Shown piece by piece: positions 29,522-37,583 of a stretch of 64,000 nucleotides of DNA. Numbering within the stretch: position 1 is the first letter of the stretch; each line of letters starts with the position of its first letter. The position numbers and the translations under genes were made by a program. The notes under the pieces were generated by a model. The model saw nothing but the letters and a program-made list of their open reading frames with translations, searched no databases and was not told the origin of the DNA. The DNA comes from a virus. The stretch spans positions 32,001 to 96,000 of IMG/VR virus record IMGVR_UViG_3300046332_000238; one strand, written 5' to 3'.

Positions 29522-29800
29522 ATGCCAACATATCAATTCAAAAATTCAAAAACGGATGAAATTGAAGAACATCGTATGAGTTATACTGTACTCGATGAAT
29601 TCAAGACAGAAAATCCACACCTAACTATACATATTAGTGCTGAAAATATACCTATTCTTGGTGATGCCACGAGAATGAGTATTCCGGGTCACGGACAGCC
29701 ACATGCAGCATTCGAGACTGGAGTAATCCAACGAATGAAGGAAACCATTCCTGGCAACACCATGTCTGGTCATAAAACGAAAGCACCGAGAGAGTGGTAA
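29522..29800 (+). CDS. conserved T4-like protein (FmdB-like N-terminus, lacking Cys)
   Basis: MPTYQF start; typical position before phoH. Confidence 0.7.
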   Translation: MPTYQFKNSKTDEIEEHRMSYTVLDEFKTENPHLTIHISAENIPILGDATRMSIPGHGQPHAAFETGVIQRMKETIPGNTMSGHKTKAPREW

Positions 29801-29839
29801 AAACAAAAAAACTTCCTGCTTTACTAACTAGGAGTATCA

Positions 29840-30541
29840 ATGGCAACCGCAAAAAAGAAAACAGCTGCAGCTCAGGCACAAAGTCAGCACTTTTCAGTAA
29901 AAAGAATCAAACCCCTAACAGAGAACCAAGGGAAAACGTTTGATGCATATGAGGAAGGTAATCACCTAGTATTATCTGGCTCAGCAGGTTCAGGAAAATC
30001 ATTCTTAGCAATGTATCTTGGACTAAAAGATGTATTGACCGAAAATTCACATTATAACAAGATCATCATTATTCGGTCTGCGGTACCGTCAAGAGATTTA
30101 GGTTTTGTTCCAGGTTCATTGGAAGAAAAGGCCAAGATTTACCAAGAACCATACATGAACATTGTGAATGAAATCATTGGTCGTGGAGATGCATGGCATT
30201 TCTTAATGCACAAAGAGATTGTGCAGTTTCAAACAACCAGTTTTCTTCGTGGTTTAACATTCAGTGATTGTATCATTGTGTTTGATGAATTCCAATCTGC
30301 AACCTTCCATGAAATTGATACAGTATTAACCCGTGTGGGTGATAATTGTAGGTTCATGTTGTGTGGCGACTTCAACCAAAACGATCTGAATATCAAGAAA
30401 GAGAAATCTGGTTTCACTGATATCATTCGTATTCTGGATAAATTAGAAAATATCTCACACATTAAATTTGGTATTGAAGATGTGGTGCGTAGTGGTTTCG
30501 TTAAAGATTACCTACAAGCAAAGGAAAGTTTGAGTCTATAA
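29840..30541 (+). CDS. phoH: PhoH-like ATPase
   Basis: GSAGSGKS, R.LGFVPG..EEK, FLRG.TF, DEFQ, TRVG, GD..Q.D and DVVRSG motifs. Confidence 0.95.
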   Translation: MATAKKKTAAAQAQSQHFSVKRIKPLTENQGKTFDAYEEGNHLVLSGSAGSGKSFLAMYLGLKDVLTENSHYNKIIIIRSAVPSRDLGFVPGSLEEKAKIYQEPYMNIVNEIIGRGDAWHFLMHKEIVQFQTTSFLRGLTFSDCIIVFDEFQSATFHEIDTVLTRVGDNCRFMLCGDFNQNDLNIKKEKSGFTDIIRILDKLENISHIKFGIEDVVRSGFVKDYLQAKESLSL

Positions 30542-30573
30542 ATAGTAGTATCTCCAACACAAACAAATTAAAA

Positions 30574-32643
30574 ATGACAATAACATCATCAAATGTTTCA
30601 TTAGATTCTATTCAAACTGAATTTGGAGGAACCAATCCAATTGACATAACCGAATATTATGCCGGTGGATTATATGTACTGCCCGGAACTACAGGAACAA
30701 ATGGTCCAATACCAAGTTCTGGGCAAATTGGTTTGTCACAGTTTATAGGAACAGCTCAACCTGGTGTGACATGGACATACCAAGATGATTTGTCGAAAAT
30801 AGGAACCATATGGGGACAAACTGAACAAGTACTTGATATTGATTACGGTACTGTATTTTGTGCTGTTGGTGATTCAGGTAAAGTTGCTACTAGTACTGAT
30901 GGTGTTACATGGACATATCAAGATGGATTAAGATCAACATCATGGGGTTCATCGGATGCCGTTAATGCCATTGCGTGGAACGGTACTGTATTTTGTGCTG
31001 TTGGTGATTCAGGTAAAGTTGCTACTAGTACTGATGGTGTTACATGGACATATCAAGATGGATTAAGATCAACATCATGGGGCAGTACCGTCACAGTAAA
31101 TGATATTGTATGGAATGGAAACATATTCTGTGTTGTTGGATCATCCACACATGTTGCTACCAGTCCTGATGGTGTTACATGGACGTATCAATCAGGTTTA
31201 ACTTCCGTAGCCAGTGGATGGACAACACAACCAGTGCATGCCATTGCATGGAACGGTACTGTATTTTGTGTTGGTGCAGAACTTGGACATATTGCTACTA
31301 GTACTGATGGTGTTACATGGACAAATCAAAATGGACTATTGTCCACAGGATGGGGTTCAGGTACTGCGGTTTTTGCTATCACATGGAATGGAACCATATT
31401 TTGTGTTGGTGGTGCTTCCGGTAAAATAGCAACCAGCACTGATGGAGTTACATGGACAAATAGAACCAGTTTGTCTGGAACAGGATGGGGATCAGTAGAT
31501 TCTGTAAGATCAATTACCTGGAATGGAACCATATTTTGTGTTGGTGGTGATAATGGCAAAATAGCAACAGGAAATTCAACAGGATCGACTTGGACATATC
31601 GTTCTGGTCTAAAATCAACCTTCTGGTATGATAATGTTGTAAATTCTGTTTTATGGAATGGCACCAAATTCTGTGCTGTTGGTGGTGTGGCTAGAGTTGC
31701 TACCAGTACAGACGGTATTACATGGACATATCAAGACGGATTAGCTAAATTCACAACAGTATTTGCTAATACCATAAAAGATTGTGTATGGAACGGATCC
31801 AAATTTTGTATTGTTGGAGAAACCAATCATGTTGCAACAAGTGATGATGGTGTTACATGGACCTTCCAATCTGGACTCATCACAACAATGGGTGGAATAG
31901 CAAATATCTTTAATGCCATTGCGTGGAACGGTACTGTATTTTGTGCTGTTGGTGATTCAGGTAAAGTTGCTACTAGTCCTGATGGTGTTACATGGACAAA
32001 TAGAACCAGTTTGTCCGGAACAGGATATGGCACAGATAATTGTAATGATATTGTTTGGAACGGTACAAAATTTGTCGTTGTTGGTGGTGGAGGTAAAGTA
32101 GGCAATAGTACCGATGGCATCTCATGGACTTATCAGGGTCAATTAAGAACAACCACATGGAATAATTCTATATGTAATGCCATTACATGGAACGGTACAA
32201 AATTTGTTGTTGTGGGTGATGGAGGAAATGTTGCAACGGGTACAGATGGTGCTACATGGACATACCAAGGGGGTTTAAAAACGACCACATGGACTACTGG
32301 CGCAGTTTATTCAATCACATACAATTCATCAATATTTGTAATAGGTGGTGGTGCTGGAAATCTTGCTACCAGTCCTGATGGTGTTACATGGACGGATCAG
32401 AGCGGTTTAAATGCAACAGGATGGGGTGTTAGCACTGTTTGGTCAATCACATGGACGGGTAGATTATTTGTTGCTGTTGGTGACTCAGGTAAAGTTGCTA
32501 CCAGTACGGATGGTGTTACATGGACGTATCGAACAACATTAAGATCAACTGCATGGAGTACATCAACTGTTAACACGATTGTGTTGACGAATAATAAATT
32601 ACTCATCGGTGGTTTGTTAGGCAAAGTTGCTACTTCTCCTTAA
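30574..32643 (+). CDS. putative receptor-binding/adhesin protein with 14 Asp-box-like repeats of about 45 aa
   Basis: Late promoter TATAAATA at 30538; N-terminal IQTEFGG.NPI...EYY.GG...P.SG.I domain; repeated ATS.DGVTWT. Confidence 0.8.
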   Translation: MTITSSNVSLDSIQTEFGGTNPIDITEYYAGGLYVLPGTTGTNGPIPSSGQIGLSQFIGTAQPGVTWTYQDDLSKIGTIWGQTEQVLDIDYGTVFCAVGDSGKVATSTDGVTWTYQDGLRSTSWGSSDAVNAIAWNGTVFCAVGDSGKVATSTDGVTWTYQDGLRSTSWGSTVTVNDIVWNGNIFCVVGSSTHVATSPDGVTWTYQSGLTSVASGWTTQPVHAIAWNGTVFCVGAELGHIATSTDGVTWTNQNGLLSTGWGSGTAVFAITWNGTIFCVGGASGKIATSTDGVTWTNRTSLSGTGWGSVDSVRSITWNGTIFCVGGDNGKIATGNSTGSTWTYRSGLKSTFWYDNVVNSVLWNGTKFCAVGGVARVATSTDGITWTYQDGLAKFTTVFANTIKDCVWNGSKFCIVGETNHVATSDDGVTWTFQSGLITTMGGIANIFNAIAWNGTVFCAVGDSGKVATSPDGVTWTNRTSLSGTGYGTDNCNDIVWNGTKFVVVGGGGKVGNSTDGISWTYQGQLRTTTWNNSICNAITWNGTKFVVVGDGGNVATGTDGATWTYQGGLKTTTWTTGAVYSITYNSSIFVIGGGAGNLATSPDGVTWTDQSGLNATGWGVSTVWSITWTGRLFVAVGDSGKVATSTDGVTWTYRTTLRSTAWSTSTVNTIVLTNNKLLIGGLLGKVATSP

Positions 32644-32664
32644 AATAAAAGAAATGAATATACT

Positions 32665-33324
32665 ATGTTTAATTATTGCCCACCTAAAGACTTGCAAGAC
32701 CTGAAGTCACAAACCTTCCCTGATGGTAAAAGATATTATACATTGGAAGATGGCACTAAGTTGCCATCTGTTACCACTGTGCTTGGTGCCAAAAAGAAAG
32801 AGGGTATTCTTGCATGGCGTAAACGTGTGGGTGAAGAAGAAGCCAATCGTATCTCCAGACAGGCCACATCACGCGGTACGAACGTTCATACAATTTGTGA
32901 ACACTATCTCAATAACAAACCAGGTTTCTCTAAGGGCATCATGCCTGACGCTGTGGAGATGTTTAAGAGTATTCGACCAACACTAGATAAGATTAACAAC
33001 ATTCATTACCAAGAAGTTGCATTGTGGTCTAAGCAATTAGGTCTTGCTGGTCGTGTAGACTGTATTGGTGAATATGATGGTGTGTTATCTTCTATCGACT
33101 TCAAGACCTCCAAGAAAATTAAGAAACGTGAAGATATTCTGGATTACTTTTGGCAGACTACAGCATATGCGTTGATGTATGAGGAACTGGTTGGTGTTCC
33201 CATTCATCAGTTGGTTGTTATCATGGCAGTGGAGAACGAACAACCATTGGTATTCATTGAGAAAACTTCAGATCACATCCAAGGTTTGGTTGATGCAATT
33301 GCATATTACCGGAAGAATGCTTGA
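32665..33324 (+). CDS. PD-(D/E)XK exonuclease (Cas4-like phage exonuclease)
   Basis: PSVTTVL, RGT.VH, AGRVD, IDFKTS and Q..AY motifs. Confidence 0.9.
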   Translation: MFNYCPPKDLQDLKSQTFPDGKRYYTLEDGTKLPSVTTVLGAKKKEGILAWRKRVGEEEANRISRQATSRGTNVHTICEHYLNNKPGFSKGIMPDAVEMFKSIRPTLDKINNIHYQEVALWSKQLGLAGRVDCIGEYDGVLSSIDFKTSKKIKKREDILDYFWQTTAYALMYEELVGVPIHQLVVIMAVENEQPLVFIEKTSDHIQGLVDAIAYYRKNA

Positions 33325-33349
33325 CAAAGTAAAATAAATAGAGTATAAT
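33321..33349 (+). promoter_or_regulatory. consensus sigma70 promoter for the tmRNA
   Basis: TTGACA-17-TATAAT. Confidence 0.85.
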
Positions 33350-33355
33350 GTAAGT

Positions 33356-33697
33356 TAGTAAAATGGTAGTACAACTTAGTAATTGAAAGGGTGGCGACAC
33401 GCCGGGGCGGTACCGGCCCGGTCCACCATAAGGAATTTATGAACTTGAAATGGTATCAAATATTATTATGCTTAGCTGTTCCAATAAACTATTTTTATTG
33501 GTTGGTGTTACATAGATTTTTTATGATGGGCCGGAAATAGTTTCGACCGACATTTAAGTATATTATTAAGCTACTCGACACAGAGAGTCGTAAAAAGTAA
33601 AAACTAGTAAATGCAAACGATAACTCGTTCCGCCAAGTAGCCTAAAAACTACTAGCTGAGGTTTCGCAAGGTGTCCTTATAATCAAATCACCTTGCA
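33356..33697 (+). ncRNA. ssrA: circularly permuted two-piece tmRNA (acceptor piece about 33356-33428; coding piece 33528 to about 33697)
   Basis: T-arm GCCGG-GGCGGTA-CCGGC then CCGGTCC-A-CCA; 5' strand GGGCCGG at 33528 gives G3:U70; tag ANDNSFRQVA* at 33613-33645. Confidence 0.93.
33439..33540 (+). CDS. 33-aa hydrophobic peptide in the tmRNA intervening segment
   Basis: AAGGA RBS; MNLKWYQILLCLAVPINYFYWLVLHRFFMMGRK. Confidence 0.5.
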   Translation: MNLKWYQILLCLAVPINYFYWLVLHRFFMMGRK

Positions 33698-33787
33698 AGA
33701 ATCATGATTTTCTGCATTGACTTTTAAAGTTATTTTGATATATAATATGAGTTATGTCATTTCGACATAACAACACAGGAGAATTAT

Positions 33788-33862
33788 ATGAATTGGACTA
33801 CACCAGCAGCAATTGATCTACGTTTTGGTTTCGAAATTACACTTTATATCGCAAATCGTTGA
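33788..33862 (+). CDS. pqqA: PQQ precursor peptide PqqA (24 aa, not in the ORF track)
   Basis: MNWTTPAAIDLRFGFEITLYIANR with ExxxY core; AGGAG RBS; TTGACT-18-TATAAT upstream. Confidence 0.95.
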   Translation: MNWTTPAAIDLRFGFEITLYIANR

Positions 33863-33934
33863 TACATAAATAATATTATGAGTTAGAGTTCTCACTAAAA
33901 ACTCAATCACACACATACACAGTTAGGATTTAAA

Positions 33935-34219
33935 ATGTCACAACCCATGTCTCCGTTCCAGATAAGGATGGAATTGTTGAAGATGGCCAAAGAATTATTG
34001 GTCGATGACTTCAACACAAAAAAAGATGTAATTCAAGAAGTCTGGCAAACTCAAGTGGAATCTGCAAAAATTGCAGGTGCAACATCACCTCCACATCCTA
34101 CATTGCCACCATATCCCACAGAAGAAGAAATTGTAAAGAAAGCAGAAGCTCTCAATCAATTTGTTTCTCAAACCACTCCATCACCAGAAATAAAGATCAC
34201 GAAGAAATCTAATTCGTAA
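33935..34219 (+). CDS. conserved T4-like hypothetical protein
   Basis: PF.IR.ELLKMAK...YPT.EEI...A..L..FVS; late-promoter-like CATAAATA upstream. Confidence 0.8.
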   Translation: MSQPMSPFQIRMELLKMAKELLVDDFNTKKDVIQEVWQTQVESAKIAGATSPPHPTLPPYPTEEEIVKKAEALNQFVSQTTPSPEIKITKKSNS

Positions 34220-34274
34220 TTGGAGAAAAAGAGTCTAACGTATTTTCGTTAGTCTCCAATCAACAAGGAGAAGT

Positions 34275-34769
34275 ATGATGAGAATAATCTTATCCAAAGC
34301 TTTGGCCATTGCATTATTGGTCACATTAATACCACTACATTCACAAGAGCAACCACTACCTACAACCAAACAAGTTTCAATGGCCATTCAGCAAGAGATC
34401 AATTGTTTATCTGAAACAATATATTATGAAGCTGGTAATGAATCTTATGAAGGTAAGTTAGCTGTTGCTGCTGTGGTAATAAACAGGACAAAATCTAAAC
34501 TGTTTCCATCAAGTATATGTTCTGTTGTTTATCAAAAAACAGGAAATATATATCAATTTTCTTGGGTGGGAACAAAAAAATATGTCAAAAATATATATTC
34601 TTGGGAAGAATCTCAGATGGTGGCAAAAAAAGCCTTTACAGAATCCAATATACACCATACGATACAGAAATCAAATGCATTATTTTATCACAATACATCC
34701 GTTGATCCAAAGTGGAAATTAAAATTCATTGTAAAAATAGGAAATCATTTATTTTATTCCAAAACTTGA
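34275..34769 (+). CDS. SleB/CwlJ-like cell wall hydrolase
   Basis: CL...IYYEA..E...G..AVA.V..NR, QFSW and IGNH.FY motifs. Confidence 0.9.
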   Translation: MMRIILSKALAIALLVTLIPLHSQEQPLPTTKQVSMAIQQEINCLSETIYYEAGNESYEGKLAVAAVVINRTKSKLFPSSICSVVYQKTGNIYQFSWVGTKKYVKNIYSWEESQMVAKKAFTESNIHHTIQKSNALFYHNTSVDPKWKLKFIVKIGNHLFYSKT

Positions 34770-34918
34770 CAATACCAACCTTTATAAATTTTTGAACTAA
34801 CTGATCCGTGATATCCAGAAACAACTTTTTTTACAGTAGAAGAACCTATATAAAACATAGGTAATTTATTACCTGAATATATAGTTAAATATGTACAGAA
34901 AATATTTGTACTTGACAT
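34754..34918 (-). pseudogene. truncated GIY-YIG-like nuclease (54 aa, N-terminal fragment)
   Basis: MSSTNIFCTYLTIYSGNKLPMFYIGSS...GYHGSV then stop; behind leader copy 2. Confidence 0.7.
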
Positions 34919-34991
34919 AGCTGTGTCCTTGTGTTATGATTTGACATAGAGTAGGTGGGTATTACAGTACCGTGACCTACACCTATTTATA
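34912..34991. promoter_or_regulatory. structured GIY-YIG leader element, copy 2
   Basis: Same architecture as copy 1; minus TATAAATA at 34984-34991; plus TTGACA-17-TATGAT. Confidence 0.8.
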
Positions 34992-35023
34992 TAACAAATT
35001 TAAACTATAATGTGAAAATCATA

Positions 35024-35245
35024 ATGCCTACAAAGAATGAGATTAGTGAATTTAGTGATACGATTGAAGAAATAACCAGTCAATTAAAGTGTACTCGATT
35101 GGATGCAATACTTCATCATTGTGAACAGACAGGTATGGAACTTGATGTGGCATCAACGTTGATTTCTTCTTCATTGAAATGTAAGATCGAAGAAGAATCA
35201 CAAGAACTGAACCTGTTGAAGAAGAAATCTAGACTGATGTTTTAA
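35024..35245 (+). CDS. 33: late transcription co-activator gp33
   Basis: FS..IE......LDAILH.C....E......I...LK.KI..E...LNLL; synteny with genes 59 and 32. Confidence 0.85.
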   Translation: MPTKNEISEFSDTIEEITSQLKCTRLDAILHHCEQTGMELDVASTLISSSLKCKIEEESQELNLLKKKSRLMF

Positions 35246-35837
35246 AATCTGAATTTTGTTTTAGTTGTTTGCTTATCCAAGATGCACTTTTATTGTAATA
35301 AGAAGCAGCTTCACCACATGAATTGAATGTACCATCAGGAGTTATTATTTTTTTATGCAAATAATTAGAATCTCGACTTCTGGCAGATTTTGACATGACT
35401 TTACGGCTTTCATCTGTGTGTTTTCGGCCATACATTGGATGGTTGGTTTTATCACAATAACGTTTTTTTGCTTGAGATGAAATATTATTGTTGTGTTCTG
35501 TGGAGTAACAATTTGTTTTACCTTTATTCCATGGTGCGAATCCAATGCGTCCTTCACCACCAGTGGTTGAATTGTATCCAGATTTAAAAGAATTATATTC
35601 AGTTATAAAATGAGATTCCATAACATTTAATGTATAATCGAGGTCTTTTGATTGATATAAAAGGTACCATTCGAAATTTTCCCAACCATGTTTACAAATT
35701 GCACGATAAAATTTAAAATTATATTTTTTATATTTGGCTTTGTGTGAATTTTTTCTTGCTGGCCATTTAGAATCAAAACCAATATATACTTTGTTATTGA
35801 TTTTATTGACACATTTGTAAATTGAATAAATAGACAT
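35229..35837 (-). CDS. free-standing GIY-YIG (Seg-like) endonuclease with NUMOD3
   Basis: SIYK...KVYIG, FYRAI.K.G, GYN.T.GGEG and HPMYGRKHTDE motifs. Confidence 0.9.
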   Translation of the reverse strand: MSIYSIYKCVNKINNKVYIGFDSKWPARKNSHKAKYKKYNFKFYRAICKHGWENFEWYLLYQSKDLDYTLNVMESHFITEYNSFKSGYNSTTGGEGRIGFAPWNKGKTNCYSTEHNNNISSQAKKRYCDKTNHPMYGRKHTDESRKVMSKSARSRDSNYLHKKIITPDGTFNSCGEAASYYNKSASWISKQLKQNSDFKTSV

Positions 35838-35903
35838 GCTGGCATTCTCCTAAAATGTTAGAGTATGTGCGGATTGCAGTCCGGCGACATACAATTATTT
35901 AGG
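35838..35903. promoter_or_regulatory. structured GIY-YIG leader element, copy 3
   Basis: Same two hairpins with compensatory changes; minus-strand CCTAAATA late-like promoter. Confidence 0.75.
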
Positions 35904-35910
35904 CACATAT

Positions 35911-36516
35911 ATGACAGAAACCACTGGGTTTGAAGCTTTTTGTTTATTCCACAGTTTAAAATTGCACTTTACTGGTGATTATGATTATGTGAAATACCAT
36001 GGTAAGACTAATGTTTCTAAAGACACCTTTGCAAACAGGAAAGACAAGTACACTTTCTACAAATTGTCACGCAAATATAATCTAGAGAATTTAAAAGACT
36101 TCTATATTGCAAACTTTTTGGAGAAAGATGTAAGTTGGATCGGTGATATCTCCAGTGTTGAAGGTGAAGAAAACCTCAAGAAGTGGCAGAAGCGTAGTCA
36201 GAGTCTATCATATAGATTCGAACAGGACGTTCTTGGTGTATTAAACAATATCAATTCACCTAATGAGATGTTGGTTGTGAATGATGGACAACATCCACTT
36301 CTATTGAATGAGGTAATGCAAGGAACTATTGCCATAGAAACACTGGTGATAATGAATGATATTATGAACTTCTTTCCTATGTGGAATAAGAAAATCAATG
36401 ATACGATTATCTGGCCTGCATTTAAGAAGAAGTGTGAAAAGTACCTGCCGTTCTTACACTATGATAAGAACAAATTTAAAGGTATATTAAAAGAATGTCT
36501 GGCAGAGTACGCCTAA
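35911..36516 (+). CDS. 59: helicase loader gp59
   Basis: LKLHFT.DYDY.KY.GK, F..RKD.Y.F.KLS and I.IETL motifs; synteny. Confidence 0.9.
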   Translation: MTETTGFEAFCLFHSLKLHFTGDYDYVKYHGKTNVSKDTFANRKDKYTFYKLSRKYNLENLKDFYIANFLEKDVSWIGDISSVEGEENLKKWQKRSQSLSYRFEQDVLGVLNNINSPNEMLVVNDGQHPLLLNEVMQGTIAIETLVIMNDIMNFFPMWNKKINDTIIWPAFKKKCEKYLPFLHYDKNKFKGILKECLAEYA

Positions 36517-36617
36517 ATATGTTGACACAGGTGAATGCTTGTGTTATACTAGTAGTTGATTATGCAATATGTGAAATAATCCGTTTTATATTCCGTTAAT
36601 ACGAAAGGCAACAAATT

Positions 36618-37526
36618 ATGGCAATTGATTTTTCAAAACTCAAAACATCTTCAGGTAATCTAGACAAACTCACCAAAGCAATCGAAGCACTAAACAGTTC
36701 TTCCGATGGCAACGACAGCAAAGAAAAATTCTGGCGTCCCGAAGTAGATAAGTCTGGCAATGGCATGGCAACAATCCGATTCCTCCCTGCACCTGGTGCT
36801 GATGGTGACGATGGTCTGCCTTGGGTTAAAATCTTCTCACATGGTTTCCAAGGTCCAGGTGGATGGTTGATTGATAACTGTCTGACTACCAAGAACCAAC
36901 AATGTCCAGTATGTGAACACAATTCAACATTGTGGAATTCTGGCATCGAAGCAAATAAAGAAATCGTCCGTAAGCAAAAACGTAAACTTAATTACATTGC
37001 TAACGTGTACATCGTTTCTGATCCTAAGCATCCAGAGAATGAAGGCAAAGTATTCTTGTTCAAATTTGGTAAAAAGATTTTTGACAAGATTAACGAAGCA
37101 ATGAATCCACAGTTCGCTGATGAAGAAGCAATCAATCCATTTGATATGTGGAAAGGTGCTAACTTCAAACTGAAGATTCGTAAAGTTGAGGGTTATCAGA
37201 ACTATGATAAGTCTGAATTTGAATCTGCATCACCATTGAATAGTGATGATGACGAACTGGAAGCAATCTGGAAGATGGAACATTCTCTGTCAGACTTGGT
37301 TGGCGACAAAGAATTTAAATCATATGATGACCTAAAAGGTCGTTTGGATAAAGTTCTTGGTTTGAATGGTGCAGTTATTGCACCAAAGACCACTGTTGAA
37401 CAGATCAAGGAAGATAACCGTGTAATCAGAGACAATCCAGCAGCTAAACCTGTTGTGTCTCGCGCACCGGAAGTCACTGAAGATGATGACGATATGGCAT
37501 ATTTCTCAAAACTTGCCGAAGATTAA
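36618..37526 (+). CDS. 32: single-stranded DNA-binding protein gp32
   Basis: DKSGNG.A.IRFLP, HGFQ..GGW, CPVC, GANFKLK, NYDKSEF and acidic tail; promoter TTGACA-17-TATACT at 36522. Confidence 0.97.
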   Translation: MAIDFSKLKTSSGNLDKLTKAIEALNSSSDGNDSKEKFWRPEVDKSGNGMATIRFLPAPGADGDDGLPWVKIFSHGFQGPGGWLIDNCLTTKNQQCPVCEHNSTLWNSGIEANKEIVRKQKRKLNYIANVYIVSDPKHPENEGKVFLFKFGKKIFDKINEAMNPQFADEEAINPFDMWKGANFKLKIRKVEGYQNYDKSEFESASPLNSDDDELEAIWKMEHSLSDLVGDKEFKSYDDLKGRLDKVLGLNGAVIAPKTTVEQIKEDNRVIRDNPAAKPVVSRAPEVTEDDDDMAYFSKLAED

Positions 37527-37554
37527 ACTATACTCCTTATCAAAGTAAGTTTAG

Positions 37555-37583
37555 AACCCCGCCTAGTGCGGGGTTTTTTGTTT
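37555..37583. terminator. intrinsic terminator between convergent gene blocks
   Basis: AACCCCGC-CTAGT-GCGGGGTT followed by a T run. Confidence 0.85.

Noticed and set aside
30574-32643. Diversity-generating retroelement template/variable repeat pair
   Set aside because: The repeats are in-frame blades within one gene, show no adenine-specific differences, and no reverse transcriptase is in the window.
32665-33324. Cas4 as part of a CRISPR-Cas system
   Set aside because: A common solo phage exonuclease; no other cas genes or array in the window.
33389-33428. tRNA gene ending in CCA
   Set aside because: There is no D or anticodon arm upstream, and the partner acceptor strand lies downstream. 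It is the acceptor piece of the permuted tmRNA.
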